Assembly: GCA_963832435.1 (NCBI GenBank)
Contig: CAWHTY010000022.1
Location: 22,312-86,311, forward strand
Direction of reading: 5' to 3'
Length of the DNA: 64,000 bases
Source of the DNA: an uncultured Actinomycetota bacterium
GTDB taxonomy: Bacteria; Actinomycetota; Actinomycetes; Propionibacteriales; Propionibacteriaceae
Shown one piece after another: positions 33,623 through 43,125 of this stretch. Each line of letters starts with the position of its first letter. Within the stretch, counting starts at the first letter, position 1. Position numbers and translations under genes: made by a program. A model generated the notes under the pieces. The model worked only from the letters and a program-made list of their open reading frames with translations, made no database searches and had not been told where the DNA came from.

Positions 33623-35104
33623 GTGTCCACCCCCGCGCAGCGCGCCGACCCGCCCCGAGCCGAACGGCTGAGCCAGGCGCAGACCACCGCGGTGGGGGAG
33701 CTGCTCCGAGTCGCGCCGGTGATCGACCGGCTCGCGGCGGCGTTCGCCACGGCCAACCGGCAGCTGTACCTCGTCGGCGGCAGCGTCCGGGACGCCCTGC
33801 TGGGCCGCCTGGGTCACGACCTCGACTTCACTACCGACGCCCGCCCGGACGAGATCGAGCGGCTGCTGCGCGGCCTCACCCCGGTGGTGTGGACCATCGG
33901 CAAGGAGTTCGGCACCATCGGCTGCCGAGTCACCCTGGGCGAGGAGAGCTGGGTCGTCGAGGTCACCACGTTCCGGGCCGACGCCTACGCCACCGACAGC
34001 CGCAAGCCCGCCGTGGCCTTCGGCGACACCATCGACGCCGACCTGGAGCGGCGCGACTTCACCGTCAACGCGATGGCCCTGAAGGTTCCGGAGCGCACCT
34101 TCGTCGACCCGTACGGCGGGTTGCAGGCCCTGGCCGGCGGCGTGCTGGACACCCCGGCGACCCCGGAGCGGTCGTTCAGCGACGACCCGCTGCGGATGAT
34201 GCGGGCGGCGCGCTTCGCGGCTCAGCTCGGGTTCGTGCCCGCCCCCCGGGTAGTCGCGGCGATGACGGCGATGGCGGACCGGTTGCGCATCGTGTCCGCC
34301 GAACGGATCCGGGACGAGCTCAGCCGGTTGCTGTTGTCGGAGCGGCCGCGGGTGGGTCTGGACCTGCTCGTCCGCACGGGCCTGGCCGACCAGGTCCTGC
34401 CGGAGCTGCCGGCGCTGCGGCTGGAGCGCGACGAGCACCATCGCCACAAGGACGTGTACGCGCACAGCCTGACCGTGCTGGAGCAGGCCGTCGAGCTGGA
34501 GCCCCGGCTCGGCGGCGGGCCGGACCTGGTGAACCGGCTGGCTGCGCTGCTGCACGACATCGGCAAGCCCGCCACCCGGAAGTTCGAGCCGGGCGGCAAG
34601 GTCTCCTTCCACCACCACGACGTGGTCGGCGCGAAGCTGGCCCGCAAGCGGCTGACGGCGCTGCGGTTCAGCGCCGACGACGTCAAGGCGGTCAGCCAGC
34701 TGATCGAGCAGCATCTGCGGTTCCACGGCTACGGGGAGGGGGAGTGGACCGACTCCGCGGTCCGCCGCTACGTCCGCGACGCCGGCGACCAGCTGGAGCG
34801 GCTGCACATCCTCACCCGAGCCGACTGCACCACCCGGAACCGGGCGAAGGCGGCTCGGCTGCGGGCCGCCTATGACGACCTGGAACGCAGGATCGAGGTG
34901 CTGGCCGCTGCGGAGGAGCTGAACGCCCTGCGGCCGGACCTGGACGGCCGCCAGATCATGACGATCCTGGACATCCCCCCGGGTCCGCTGGTCGGGCAGG
35001 CCTACCACTTCCTGCTGGAGCGGCGGATCGACGCCGGACCGCTCGGTGAGGAGCGGGCCACCGCGGAGCTGCTCGACTGGTGGGCGGCGCGGCCGCAGGC
35101 CTGA
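33623..35104 (+). CDS. CCA tRNA nucleotidyltransferase (HD domain)
   Basis: LYLVGGSVRD, DLDFTTDA, RRDFTVNAMA, DDPLRMMRAARF, LLHDIGKP. Confidence 0.95.
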   Translation: MSTPAQRADPPRAERLSQAQTTAVGELLRVAPVIDRLAAAFATANRQLYLVGGSVRDALLGRLGHDLDFTTDARPDEIERLLRGLTPVVWTIGKEFGTIGCRVTLGEESWVVEVTTFRADAYATDSRKPAVAFGDTIDADLERRDFTVNAMALKVPERTFVDPYGGLQALAGGVLDTPATPERSFSDDPLRMMRAARFAAQLGFVPAPRVVAAMTAMADRLRIVSAERIRDELSRLLLSERPRVGLDLLVRTGLADQVLPELPALRLERDEHHRHKDVYAHSLTVLEQAVELEPRLGGGPDLVNRLAALLHDIGKPATRKFEPGGKVSFHHHDVVGAKLARKRLTALRFSADDVKAVSQLIEQHLRFHGYGEGEWTDSAVRRYVRDAGDQLERLHILTRADCTTRNRAKAARLRAAYDDLERRIEVLAAAEELNALRPDLDGRQIMTILDIPPGPLVGQAYHFLLERRIDAGPLGEERATAELLDWWAARPQA

Positions 35105-35133
35105 AGGCACCCCCGCGGTCCCGACCGAGGGGC

Positions 35134-36483
35134 TCAGCCCCGGTCGGGGCCCAGCGCGCTGCCGGCGGTCTCGGCGCGGAGCGACTCGGTGCCCTCGTCC
35201 ATCGCCAGCCCTCGGGTCAGCACGGCGAACAGGATCCCGAGCAGCAGGTAGCCGACCGCCAGCGCCGCGATCGCCGGCACCGATCGTCCGTCGGCCGGCA
35301 GGATCAGTGCCGCAATGCCGGCCGCCAGGACCAGGGCGACGTTGAACACCATGTCGTACAGCACGAAGACGCGGCCCTTGACCTCGTCGTCGACGTGGGC
35401 CTGGACCAGTGTGTCGACGCAGAGCTTGATGCTCTGTCCGGTGATGCCGAGCAGGAATCCGGCCACCAGCAGCGGCAGCCGGGTGAAGATCGCCCCGGGC
35501 AGGAGCTGGAACGCGGCGCAGAGCAGGAAGGACACCACCACCCAGCGGCGCACTCCCCAGCGCGCGGTAGCCGGTGGGGTGACGGCGGCCGCGGCCACGA
35601 ACCCGGCCGCGGTGCAGACCGCGAGCAGACCCAGGTCGGCCAGGGCCGGCCCGACCTCGGAGCGGGGGTGCAGATGGTTGCGGAAGACCAGGATCATGGC
35701 CACCGTGACCACGCCGTAGACCACCCGGTGGGCGAAGATCGCCAGCAGCCCGATGCCGGCCTGCCGGTGGACCGCGAGGTGTCGGAGCGCCTCGACCAGG
35801 CCCGCCACGATGTCGCGCGGCTGGGCCGGGTCCGGCTCGTCCGGGCCGAGGGCGCGCCGACCCATCCGCAGGGCCAGCCCCGAGCTGAGCACGAACCCGG
35901 CTCCGGCGACGGCGAACAGCGCCCCGTCGGCGACGGCGGGGGGCAGCACCCCACCGAGCACCAGCCGCAGGCCGGTGCCGACGCCGACCCCGACCACGGT
36001 GCCGGCCGGTCCGACGGTGGGCATCACGGCATTGGCCACCATGTACTCACGGGCGTCGATGGTGTGCGGCAGCGCGGCCGACAGTGCGGCCAGCAGGAAC
36101 CGGTTGAGGCTCATGGCCAGCAGCACGCCGCCGTAGAAGGCGGCCTCCGCGGCCCCGGTGCGGAGCCCGGTCGCGACCAGGGCGGCGAGGGCGAGGGCGA
36201 GCAGGGCCCGGAGGACGTCGGTCACCACCAGCACCTGCCGCCGTGACCACCGGTCCAAGGCGACGCCGACGAACGGTCCGAGGATCGAGAACGGCAGCAG
36301 GGTGATGGCCAGCACGGCGGCCACCGACGCCGCGTCCGGCTGCCGGGCCGGCGAGAACAACACGTACGAGGCCAGCGCCACCTGCAGCACGCCGTCCGCG
36401 GACTGGGTGGCCACCCGGACGGCGAGCAGCCGGCGGAACAGCCGGTGCCGCCAGAGCTGGCGCAGGCTGCGGACGAAGCGCAC
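35134..36483 (-). CDS. MFS transporter
   Basis: About 12 TM segments; GVALDRWSRRQVL; KGRVFVLYD. Confidence 0.85.
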   Translation of the reverse strand: MRFVRSLRQLWRHRLFRRLLAVRVATQSADGVLQVALASYVLFSPARQPDAASVAAVLAITLLPFSILGPFVGVALDRWSRRQVLVVTDVLRALLALALAALVATGLRTGAAEAAFYGGVLLAMSLNRFLLAALSAALPHTIDAREYMVANAVMPTVGPAGTVVGVGVGTGLRLVLGGVLPPAVADGALFAVAGAGFVLSSGLALRMGRRALGPDEPDPAQPRDIVAGLVEALRHLAVHRQAGIGLLAIFAHRVVYGVVTVAMILVFRNHLHPRSEVGPALADLGLLAVCTAAGFVAAAAVTPPATARWGVRRWVVVSFLLCAAFQLLPGAIFTRLPLLVAGFLLGITGQSIKLCVDTLVQAHVDDEVKGRVFVLYDMVFNVALVLAAGIAALILPADGRSVPAIAALAVGYLLLGILFAVLTRGLAMDEGTESLRAETAGSALGPDRG

Positions 36484-36485
36484 GC

Positions 36486-37562
36486 TCAGCCCTTGGGGTG
36501 CTTGGCCAGGTACTTGTCCATGGTGTCCTTGCGGATGGCGGTGCCCAGCTCGGTGAGCTTCGCCTCGTCGACCACGTCGACGCTCTGACCCTGGATGGTC
36601 GCGAAGCCGCTGATCGGTGCCTGCAGCGACTCGATGCTGGTGGCGCTGAGCCGCAAGGAGAAGGCGATCGAGCGGATCGCCTCGTCGCTCAGGCTCTGGT
36701 CGACGACCACGTGCTGGGCCACCCCCGCAATGAACGCGGTGAACCGCGCCGGGTCGGAGATCACCTCCCGGCTCAGGCCCTTGGCCACGATGGCCTTGAT
36801 CACCTTGCGCTGGTTCTCGGCCCGGTCCAGGTCGCCGTTGGGGAGCGACTTCCGCTCCCGGACGAACCACAGCGCCTCTTCACCCTTGATGGTGATCTCA
36901 CCCTTGGGGTAGGTGAAGCCGTGCGAGGTGAACGCGTTCGTGTTGTTCACGGTGATCCCGCCGAGGCCCTCGGTCAGCGCGATGAAGCCCTCGAAGTCGA
37001 CCTGCACCACGTGGTCCACGCGGGTGTCCAGCAGCGACTCCAGCGTGGACACCGTCAGCTGGGCGCCGCCGAGGGAGTACGCGGCGTTGATCTTGTCCTT
37101 GCCGTGGCCGGGAATGCTGACCCACATGTCGCGGGGGAAGGAGACGATGTAGGCCTTGTCCCGCGCCTTGTTCAGGTGCACGACCATGATCGTGTCGCTG
37201 CGCCCTTCGGCGGCGTCGTCGGGGTTCCGGCTGTCGGAGCCGAGCAGGACGAAGTTCAAGGCCCCGGAGGCCGCCGGATCGGCGCTCGGGCGGTCCGACC
37301 CGCCCGCGGTGGGCAGGGAGTCGTTGCGCCGGATGTTCTGGCTGACGCTGGTGTTCAGCGAGTACACGTACCAGCCGACGATGCCCAGGGCCGCCACCAG
37401 GAGCACCGCGACCCCGCCGATGACGAAGGGCCAGACCCGGCGTCGCGGGCGGCCCGGGGTCTGGCCGGGGCTCGCCGGCTCGGTGGTGCGGGCCGGGTCC
37501 GGCTCGGGGGGCGCCCGGGCTCGGGCGCTGCTCCCGGGCTCGGGTGGCGTCGACTGTGACAT
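36486..37562 (-). CDS. LCP (LytR-CpsA-Psr) family glycopolymer transferase
   Basis: NFVLLGSDSR, RSDTIMV, SFPRD, KINAAY, FVRER, DLDRAENQ. Confidence 0.93.
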   Translation of the reverse strand: MSQSTPPEPGSSARARAPPEPDPARTTEPASPGQTPGRPRRRVWPFVIGGVAVLLVAALGIVGWYVYSLNTSVSQNIRRNDSLPTAGGSDRPSADPAASGALNFVLLGSDSRNPDDAAEGRSDTIMVVHLNKARDKAYIVSFPRDMWVSIPGHGKDKINAAYSLGGAQLTVSTLESLLDTRVDHVVQVDFEGFIALTEGLGGITVNNTNAFTSHGFTYPKGEITIKGEEALWFVRERKSLPNGDLDRAENQRKVIKAIVAKGLSREVISDPARFTAFIAGVAQHVVVDQSLSDEAIRSIAFSLRLSATSIESLQAPISGFATIQGQSVDVVDEAKLTELGTAIRKDTMDKYLAKHPKG

Positions 37563-37718
37563 CGGGTTTCCTCGTCTCCTCCGGCAGCACGCAGTGTATG
37601 CGGGGCGGCGGGTCCGTTCCGGCGGTCCGGCGTCCGGGCGGGGGCGCCGGAGCCGCGGGTAGGCCCGACGGGGCGGCCGGCGGAGCCCGGCCGAGCCTGC
37701 GCGGGTAGGCTCCGTCTC

Positions 37719-38108
37719 GTGTCGAGGGCCGAGGAAGCCGCGCGCCGGGCCGAGCTGGCCGCGGGTCAGGAACGGGCCGAGTCGCAGCGGGCCCAGGTGC
37801 TGATCGACCAGTTCATCGCCGACGCCGGCGCGGCCGGGATCCCCGCCGAGCCGCTGCGCGCCACTCTCTACACCGGGCAGAGCGTGAAGACCGACAAGCG
37901 GGGCTGGTACCTCCGCAAGAACCAGAGCGTGGCCGTGGGCGAGGACGGCGGCTACTACATCCTGACCGTGCCGGGCGGGCTGATGGAACGCGTACGCGGT
38001 GTCCAGCTCAAGCCCAGCCCGGCCCCGCTGGTGGTCGGCAAGGGTGGCCGCGACGGCGAGACCGGAGACCTCGCCGAGTTCCTCCGCCGGCGCCTCGGTC
38101 AGCGCTGA
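37719..38108 (+). CDS. Hypothetical protein
   Basis: Clean GC3-biased ORF: KTDKRGWYLRKNQSVAVGEDGGYYIL...VVGKGGRDGE. Confidence 0.75.
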   Translation: MSRAEEAARRAELAAGQERAESQRAQVLIDQFIADAGAAGIPAEPLRATLYTGQSVKTDKRGWYLRKNQSVAVGEDGGYYILTVPGGLMERVRGVQLKPSPAPLVVGKGGRDGETGDLAEFLRRRLGQR

Positions 38109-38242
38109 CGCCCCTCCGCCGGGTCCCTTCGGCGTGTCGGTCAGCTCCAGATCGATAAGGCCGCGCCCGGGCCGGCGCCGCCCGCGTCGGTGCGTTCGAG
38201 AGGGACGACGCCGCGCCCCCGGGACGACACTCCCCGCCGCCG

Positions 38243-39055
38243 TCAGGGCAGGAACGCGCTGACGTCGCGGACGAACTCGGGCGCGGTGAGCAGGGCGTGC
38301 CCACGGTGGGGGTACATGATCAGCTTCCCGTGCGGCATCCGGTACGCGGTCTCGGTGAACATCTCCGGCGTCCAGAAGTGGTCGCGGGCGCCGCAGACCA
38401 CCAGCGTCTCGGTCTGGATCTGCTCCAGCCGGTCCCGGACGTCGAACGCATCCTCGGCGGCCAGCATGGCGATGGCGTCGCTGGGGTTCTCGATCATGAT
38501 CCGCCGCGAGACGACCTGCAGCAACGGGGTGACCAGGCTCCGGATCCAGGCCGGACGGAGCATGCCCTCGAGCCCTTCGGCGATGGAGGAGGCCGTGTAG
38601 CGCCCGTGGGCCCGCAGGTCCCGGAGCATGCTGCGCTGCGCCCGCCGGGCGACCGGCCCCAGGGTGTATGCGGCGCTGGCCACCACACACCGCCGGACGA
38701 CCTCCGGCCGGTCCGCGATCAGCTGCAGGGCCAGCGAACCTCCGGTGGAGTGGCCCAGCACGTCGACCGGCTCCCCGAAGTGCGCGGCCAGGGCGTCCGC
38801 GTGCCCGGCCGCGACCTCGGCGAAGCTGATGTCGGTCGGCATCCCCGGCCAGCGGTTGGTGAACCAGACCTCGAACCCCGCCCGGACCAGGGGCAGGACG
38901 CTGGCCAGGGTGAACCGGCGCTCCCACCCGGGCTTGGGGTTGCGATGGTTCGGGGTGGAGCCGCACAGGTGCACCAGCGGCCGGCCCGTGCCCACCACCA
39001 GGTACGGGAGCCCTCCGGCGAACGTCCCCTCCCGAACCTCAGGTGCGGCCGTCAG
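38243..39055 (-). CDS. Alpha/beta hydrolase (start 39055 CTG or 38998 GTG)
   Basis: VLGHSTGG nucleophile elbow, GARD, C-terminal GH. Confidence 0.85.
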   Translation of the reverse strand: MTAAPEVREGTFAGGLPYLVVGTGRPLVHLCGSTPNHRNPKPGWERRFTLASVLPLVRAGFEVWFTNRWPGMPTDISFAEVAAGHADALAAHFGEPVDVLGHSTGGSLALQLIADRPEVVRRCVVASAAYTLGPVARRAQRSMLRDLRAHGRYTASSIAEGLEGMLRPAWIRSLVTPLLQVVSRRIMIENPSDAIAMLAAEDAFDVRDRLEQIQTETLVVCGARDHFWTPEMFTETAYRMPHGKLIMYPHRGHALLTAPEFVRDVSAFLP

Positions 39056-39852
39056 ATGTCCTCGGCCGCCGTGTCGCGCCGCTTGACCTTGAGGAACCGC
39101 AGGTACTCATCGACGACCTCGTCCGGGTTGCCCCGCATCATCAGCTTGCCCTTGTCCAGCCAGAGCGCGTCGTTGCACATGTCCCGGATCGAGTTCATCC
39201 CGTGGCTGACCAGGAACATGGCCCGGGCGCTGTCACGCAGCTCGGCCATCTTGGCGTTCGCCTTCTCCCGGAACGACGCGTCCCCGGTCGACAGCGCCTC
39301 GTCGATCATCAAGATGTCGGGCTTCATGTGCACCGCCACCGAGAACGCCACCCGGGCCGACATCCCGGAGGAGTAGGTCCGCATCGGCATCTCGATGAAG
39401 TCGCCCAGCTCGGTCCACTCGGCCACGTCGTCCGCGCGGGCCTCGACCTCCTTGCGGGACAGCCCCGAGGCCAGCCCGCCGAGGATGATGTTCTCCCGGC
39501 CGGACAGCTCCTTGTTGAAACCGACCCCCAGCGCCAGCAGCGTGCTGGCCTTGCCCCACACCTCGATGCTGCCAGTGGTGGGCGGCAGGATGCCGGCGAT
39601 GGCCCGCATCAGGGTCGACTTGCCGGCACCGTTGGCCCCGATGATGCCGACCGCGGTGTTGTTGGGCACGTCGAAGGTGAGGTTCTTGATCGCCTTGACC
39701 TCGCGGAACGCCCGCTGTCCCCGGCCGAACCGGACCAGGGTCTGGCGCAGCGTCGGCTTCCGCTCGTACGAGGTCCGGTAGGTGATCGACAGGTTCTCGA
39801 CCTTGACCGCGAAGCCGTTTGCCTCCTCAGGTGAGTCGGACAGCGAACTCAC
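39052..39852 (-). CDS. ABC transporter ATP-binding protein, Wzt/TagH type
   Basis: GANGAGKST, YSSGMSARVAF, ILMIDEALSTGD, VSH. Confidence 0.92.
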   Translation of the reverse strand: MSSLSDSPEEANGFAVKVENLSITYRTSYERKPTLRQTLVRFGRGQRAFREVKAIKNLTFDVPNNTAVGIIGANGAGKSTLMRAIAGILPPTTGSIEVWGKASTLLALGVGFNKELSGRENIILGGLASGLSRKEVEARADDVAEWTELGDFIEMPMRTYSSGMSARVAFSVAVHMKPDILMIDEALSTGDASFREKANAKMAELRDSARAMFLVSHGMNSIRDMCNDALWLDKGKLMMRGNPDEVVDEYLRFLKVKRRDTAAEDI

Positions 39853-40702
39853 GCTCCCTCGAGATGAAGAACAGGCAGCCGACCACGAGAGCGCCGAGCG
39901 CCCAGGCGGCCGAGGCCAGCCAGATGTGGGCGGGCGGGATCTGGCCGGCCTGGATCAAGGCGGTGTAGCCGTCCAGCATCGGGTACATCGGGTTCAGCTC
40001 GACCACGACCCGGAAGCCGCGCCCGAGCGAGTCGAGCATGGATGGCATCCACAGCACCGGCGAGAGGTACATCCAGATCCGCAGCAGGTACGGCAGGAAG
40101 TTCTTGGTGTCGCGGAAGTAGATCTGCAGGGTGGCGAACAGCGCCGCCAGCCCGACCGAGAACCCCAGGGTGGTCAGCACGAAGAACGGGGCCAGCAGCA
40201 TCCGCGGATGCCACTGGGTGGTGAAGAAGATCGTGTGGATGATCAGGTAGACCGGGATGGTGGGCAGGAACTGGAAGAAGGCCGTGCGGATCGCCGAGAA
40301 GGGGATCAGCAGACGCGGGAACGCGGTGTTGACCAGCAGCCGGCCGGACCGGACGACCGAGGTGGTGCCGGCCCCGATCGCCGAGTTCATCAGGGTGAAC
40401 AGGAACAGGTTCAGCGTCAGGTGGGCGAAGTACACCGGGTCGTGCCGCTGCCGGATGATCGTGACCAGCATGTAGTAGATGAGCGCCAGCAGCAGCGGGT
40501 TGAGGATCATCCACGCCTGGCCGAAGAAGGTGGCGACGTTCGCGCCCCGCATGTTGGCCCGGCTCATCTCGATCGCGAAACCGCGTCGGTGCCAGAGCTC
40601 CCGCAGGTAGGGCAGCATCGGCGGCAGACCGGCGCGGTGCGGGCCGTAACGGTGGTAGACGGGCTCGAACTCGGTGTCCTCGGCGCGTGACGTCGTCGTC
40701 AT
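39827..40702 (-). CDS. ABC-2 permease, Wzm/TagG type
   Basis: GQAWMILNPL, YFRD, WMYLSPVLW, LNPM. Confidence 0.9.
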   Translation of the reverse strand: MTTTSRAEDTEFEPVYHRYGPHRAGLPPMLPYLRELWHRRGFAIEMSRANMRGANVATFFGQAWMILNPLLLALIYYMLVTIIRQRHDPVYFAHLTLNLFLFTLMNSAIGAGTTSVVRSGRLLVNTAFPRLLIPFSAIRTAFFQFLPTIPVYLIIHTIFFTTQWHPRMLLAPFFVLTTLGFSVGLAALFATLQIYFRDTKNFLPYLLRIWMYLSPVLWMPSMLDSLGRGFRVVVELNPMYPMLDGYTALIQAGQIPPAHIWLASAAWALGALVVGCLFFISREREFAVRLT

Positions 40703-40842
40703 CGGCTGGTGGTCCTGACCCCTTGGATCTTCGGCATGCGGAGCCCCTCCTGGCTGGTGAGCACTGGATAGTGTGCCATGAGCCCACCGGCTGGAGCCGC
40801 ATCCGCGCGAAGCCCCGACCCGGTCCCCCTGAGGCGCCGGGC

Positions 40843-41358
40843 TCAGCGCGTGGCCGTCCCGTTCCCGACGGCAACGCGGCTCCGCGGCCGCGGTCCCGGG
40901 TGCGCCGGAGGGCCGGCGCGCCGGGTGAGGAACAGCAGCGTCGCGACGCCCAGGGTGGTGGTCGCGAACCCGGCGGTGATCAGCGGCAGCAGCAGCCGGC
41001 CCTCGCCCTGCAGGCGGGCGCGGCTCGGCGCGGCTGGATCGTAGCGGACCACCAGCTTGTCACCGACCTTGATCCGGTTGCCGATCACCCCGTGGTCGGG
41101 GGTGTACTCGTAGCGCTTGCCGTCGACCACGTACCGGACCGTCGGCGCGAGCGGAACGCTCCGGCTGTCCGCCTCCGGCAGCCGGGTCGCGCCCGCCAGC
41201 GGCCGGCTCTGCAGCGCGATGACCTCGCCGGTCACCCTCTGGGCGTTGTTGACGAACCGGAACCGCTCGGAGGTCTGGTACCAGAAGAACACCGTGACCG
41301 CAGCCAGGTAGACACACGCCACCACGCCGATCACGCGCGGAAGCCGGAGCCACCTCAT
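40843..41358 (-). CDS. DUF3592-like membrane protein
   Basis: TM - VTGEVI...PTVRYVVDGKRYE...VGDKLVVRYDP..P - TM. Confidence 0.75.
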   Translation of the reverse strand: MRWLRLPRVIGVVACVYLAAVTVFFWYQTSERFRFVNNAQRVTGEVIALQSRPLAGATRLPEADSRSVPLAPTVRYVVDGKRYEYTPDHGVIGNRIKVGDKLVVRYDPAAPSRARLQGEGRLLLPLITAGFATTTLGVATLLFLTRRAGPPAHPGPRPRSRVAVGNGTATR

Positions 41359-41407
41359 GGCCGGAGCCTAGTCCGCGCCGCCCGGCCCGCAGAAAGGCGG
41401 CGGGGAG

Positions 41408-41434
41408 TGTCGATCGGCGCCGGCGGCGGTCGTG
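41408..41434 (+). promoter_or_regulatory. Putative ECF42-type promoter for the yciI-ECF operon
   Basis: TGTCGA-N17-CGTG upstream of the DGPF protein; resembles the ECF42 -35 consensus TGTCGA. Confidence 0.5.
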
Positions 41435-41476
41435 GACGGGGTGTCAGAATCACTCCCGACCGAAGGAGCTTTCCCG

Positions 41477-41851
41477 ATGAAGTACGTCCTGATGTACACC
41501 TCCCGCCCGGACCTGATGACCGACATCCCCCAGGAGCGGCAGGAGCAGGTCTACCGCGCGATCTTCGAGTGGTTCGGGGCCCACGCCGACGTCCTCAGCG
41601 ACGAGGGGGCCGAGCTGCTGGGGCCCGAGACGGCCACCACGGTCCGCTCCGGCCAGGCCGGTGGCCAGCCGGTGGTGGTCGACGGCCCGTTCCTGGAGGC
41701 CAAGGAGCAGATCGGTGGCTTCAGCGTGATCGACGTCCCCGATCTCGACGCGGCGATCGCGGTGGCCCGCACCTGGCCGTCACTGGAGTTCCCGGGTGTC
41801 GCGATCGAGGTCCGGCCGATGGTGACCGACTACTCGCAGTTCTCGTCCTGA
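41477..41851 (+). CDS. YciI/DGPF family protein
   Basis: MKYVLMY, VVDGPFLEAKEQIGGF, IEVRP. Confidence 0.9.
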   Translation: MKYVLMYTSRPDLMTDIPQERQEQVYRAIFEWFGAHADVLSDEGAELLGPETATTVRSGQAGGQPVVVDGPFLEAKEQIGGFSVIDVPDLDAAIAVARTWPSLEFPGVAIEVRPMVTDYSQFSS

Positions 41852-41888
41852 GCCGTCGGACCGACCTCGCAGCACGGGCGGCTCGGGC

Positions 41889-43124
41889 GTGACCGCGGCG
41901 GAGGACGTGGCGCTGGCCCAGGTCGTCCGGCGCGAGGCGGGTCTCATCGTCGCCTCGCTGCACCGTCGTACCGGTGACTTCGACGTCGCGGAGGAGGCGG
42001 TGCAGGAGGCGGTGGTGGCGGCGCTGCGGACTTGGCGGACGGGCGGCGTGCCGCCCAATCCGGGCGGCTGGCTGGCCACCACCGCCCGACGGCGGGCCAT
42101 CGACCTGCTCCGCCAGCGGTCCCGGCAGATCCGGTTGCTGACCGATCTGGGCCGCGACCCGACCGAGACCCGCCCGGCAGCGGACCCGCCGCCCGGTCCG
42201 GGCTTCCCCGGGGCGGGCGACGACGACCGGTTGCCGATGCTGTTCGGCTGCTGCCACCCCTCGCTCGCGGTGGAGGCCCAGGTCGCCCTGACGCTCCGCG
42301 CCGTGGTCGGCGTGACCACCGACCAGATCGCGCGGGCGTTCCTGGTGCCCGTGCCGACGATGGCGCAGCGGCTGGTCCGCGCCAAGCACAAGATCGCGGC
42401 CGCCGGAGTGCCCTTCACCGTCCCCGACGACGCCGAGCTGCCCGGCCGGCTGGACCAGGTGCTGACCGTCGTCTGTCTCGCCTACAACGCCGGCTACCTC
42501 GAAGCGGACGGGGGACAGCTGGTCGACGACGCGGTTTGGCTGGCCGAGCTGATCGCCCGGGCGCTTCCCGGTGAACCCGAGGCGTGGGGACTGCTGTCGT
42601 TGCTGACCAACCTCTCCGCCCGCGCCGGTGCCCGCTTCGACGCCGCGGGCCACCTCGTCCTGCTGGGCGACCAGGACCGGAGCCGGTGGGACGCGGTGGC
42701 CATGGCGCGGGCCGAGGGCTACCTGACCCGGGCGGCCGCCCTGGGCCGTCCCGGCCGCTTCCAGCTCCAGGCTGCCATTGCCGCCTGCCACGCTGCGGCC
42801 CCGATCTGGGCCGCCACCGACTGGCTGCAGGTCGTCACCCTGTACGACCTGCTGCTGCGTTACGACCGGTCCCCGGTGGTGCGGCTCAACCAGGCCATCG
42901 CGCTCCGCCACCTCGACGGTCCACGGACGGCCCTCGCGCAGGTGGACCGGTTGGCCGCCGAGCTCGCCGACTACCACCTGCTGCACGCGACTCGAGCCTC
43001 GCTGCTGTCCGAGCTGGGCGACCTCGACGGGGCCCGCGCTGCGAATCGCCGTGCGCTGGAGCTGGCGGCCAACCCGGTCGAGCAGGATCTGCTGCGGTCG
43101 CGGCTGGCATCCTCGGAGGGCTGA
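41889..43124 (+). CDS. ECF42-type sigma factor with C-terminal TPR extension
   Basis: AEEAVQEA, LFGCCHP, IARAFLV, QRLVRAK, LGDQDRSRWD, FQLQAAIAACH; paired with a DGPF gene. Confidence 0.9.
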   Translation: MTAAEDVALAQVVRREAGLIVASLHRRTGDFDVAEEAVQEAVVAALRTWRTGGVPPNPGGWLATTARRRAIDLLRQRSRQIRLLTDLGRDPTETRPAADPPPGPGFPGAGDDDRLPMLFGCCHPSLAVEAQVALTLRAVVGVTTDQIARAFLVPVPTMAQRLVRAKHKIAAAGVPFTVPDDAELPGRLDQVLTVVCLAYNAGYLEADGGQLVDDAVWLAELIARALPGEPEAWGLLSLLTNLSARAGARFDAAGHLVLLGDQDRSRWDAVAMARAEGYLTRAAALGRPGRFQLQAAIAACHAAAPIWAATDWLQVVTLYDLLLRYDRSPVVRLNQAIALRHLDGPRTALAQVDRLAAELADYHLLHATRASLLSELGDLDGARAANRRALELAANPVEQDLLRSRLASSEG

Positions 43125-43125
43125 G

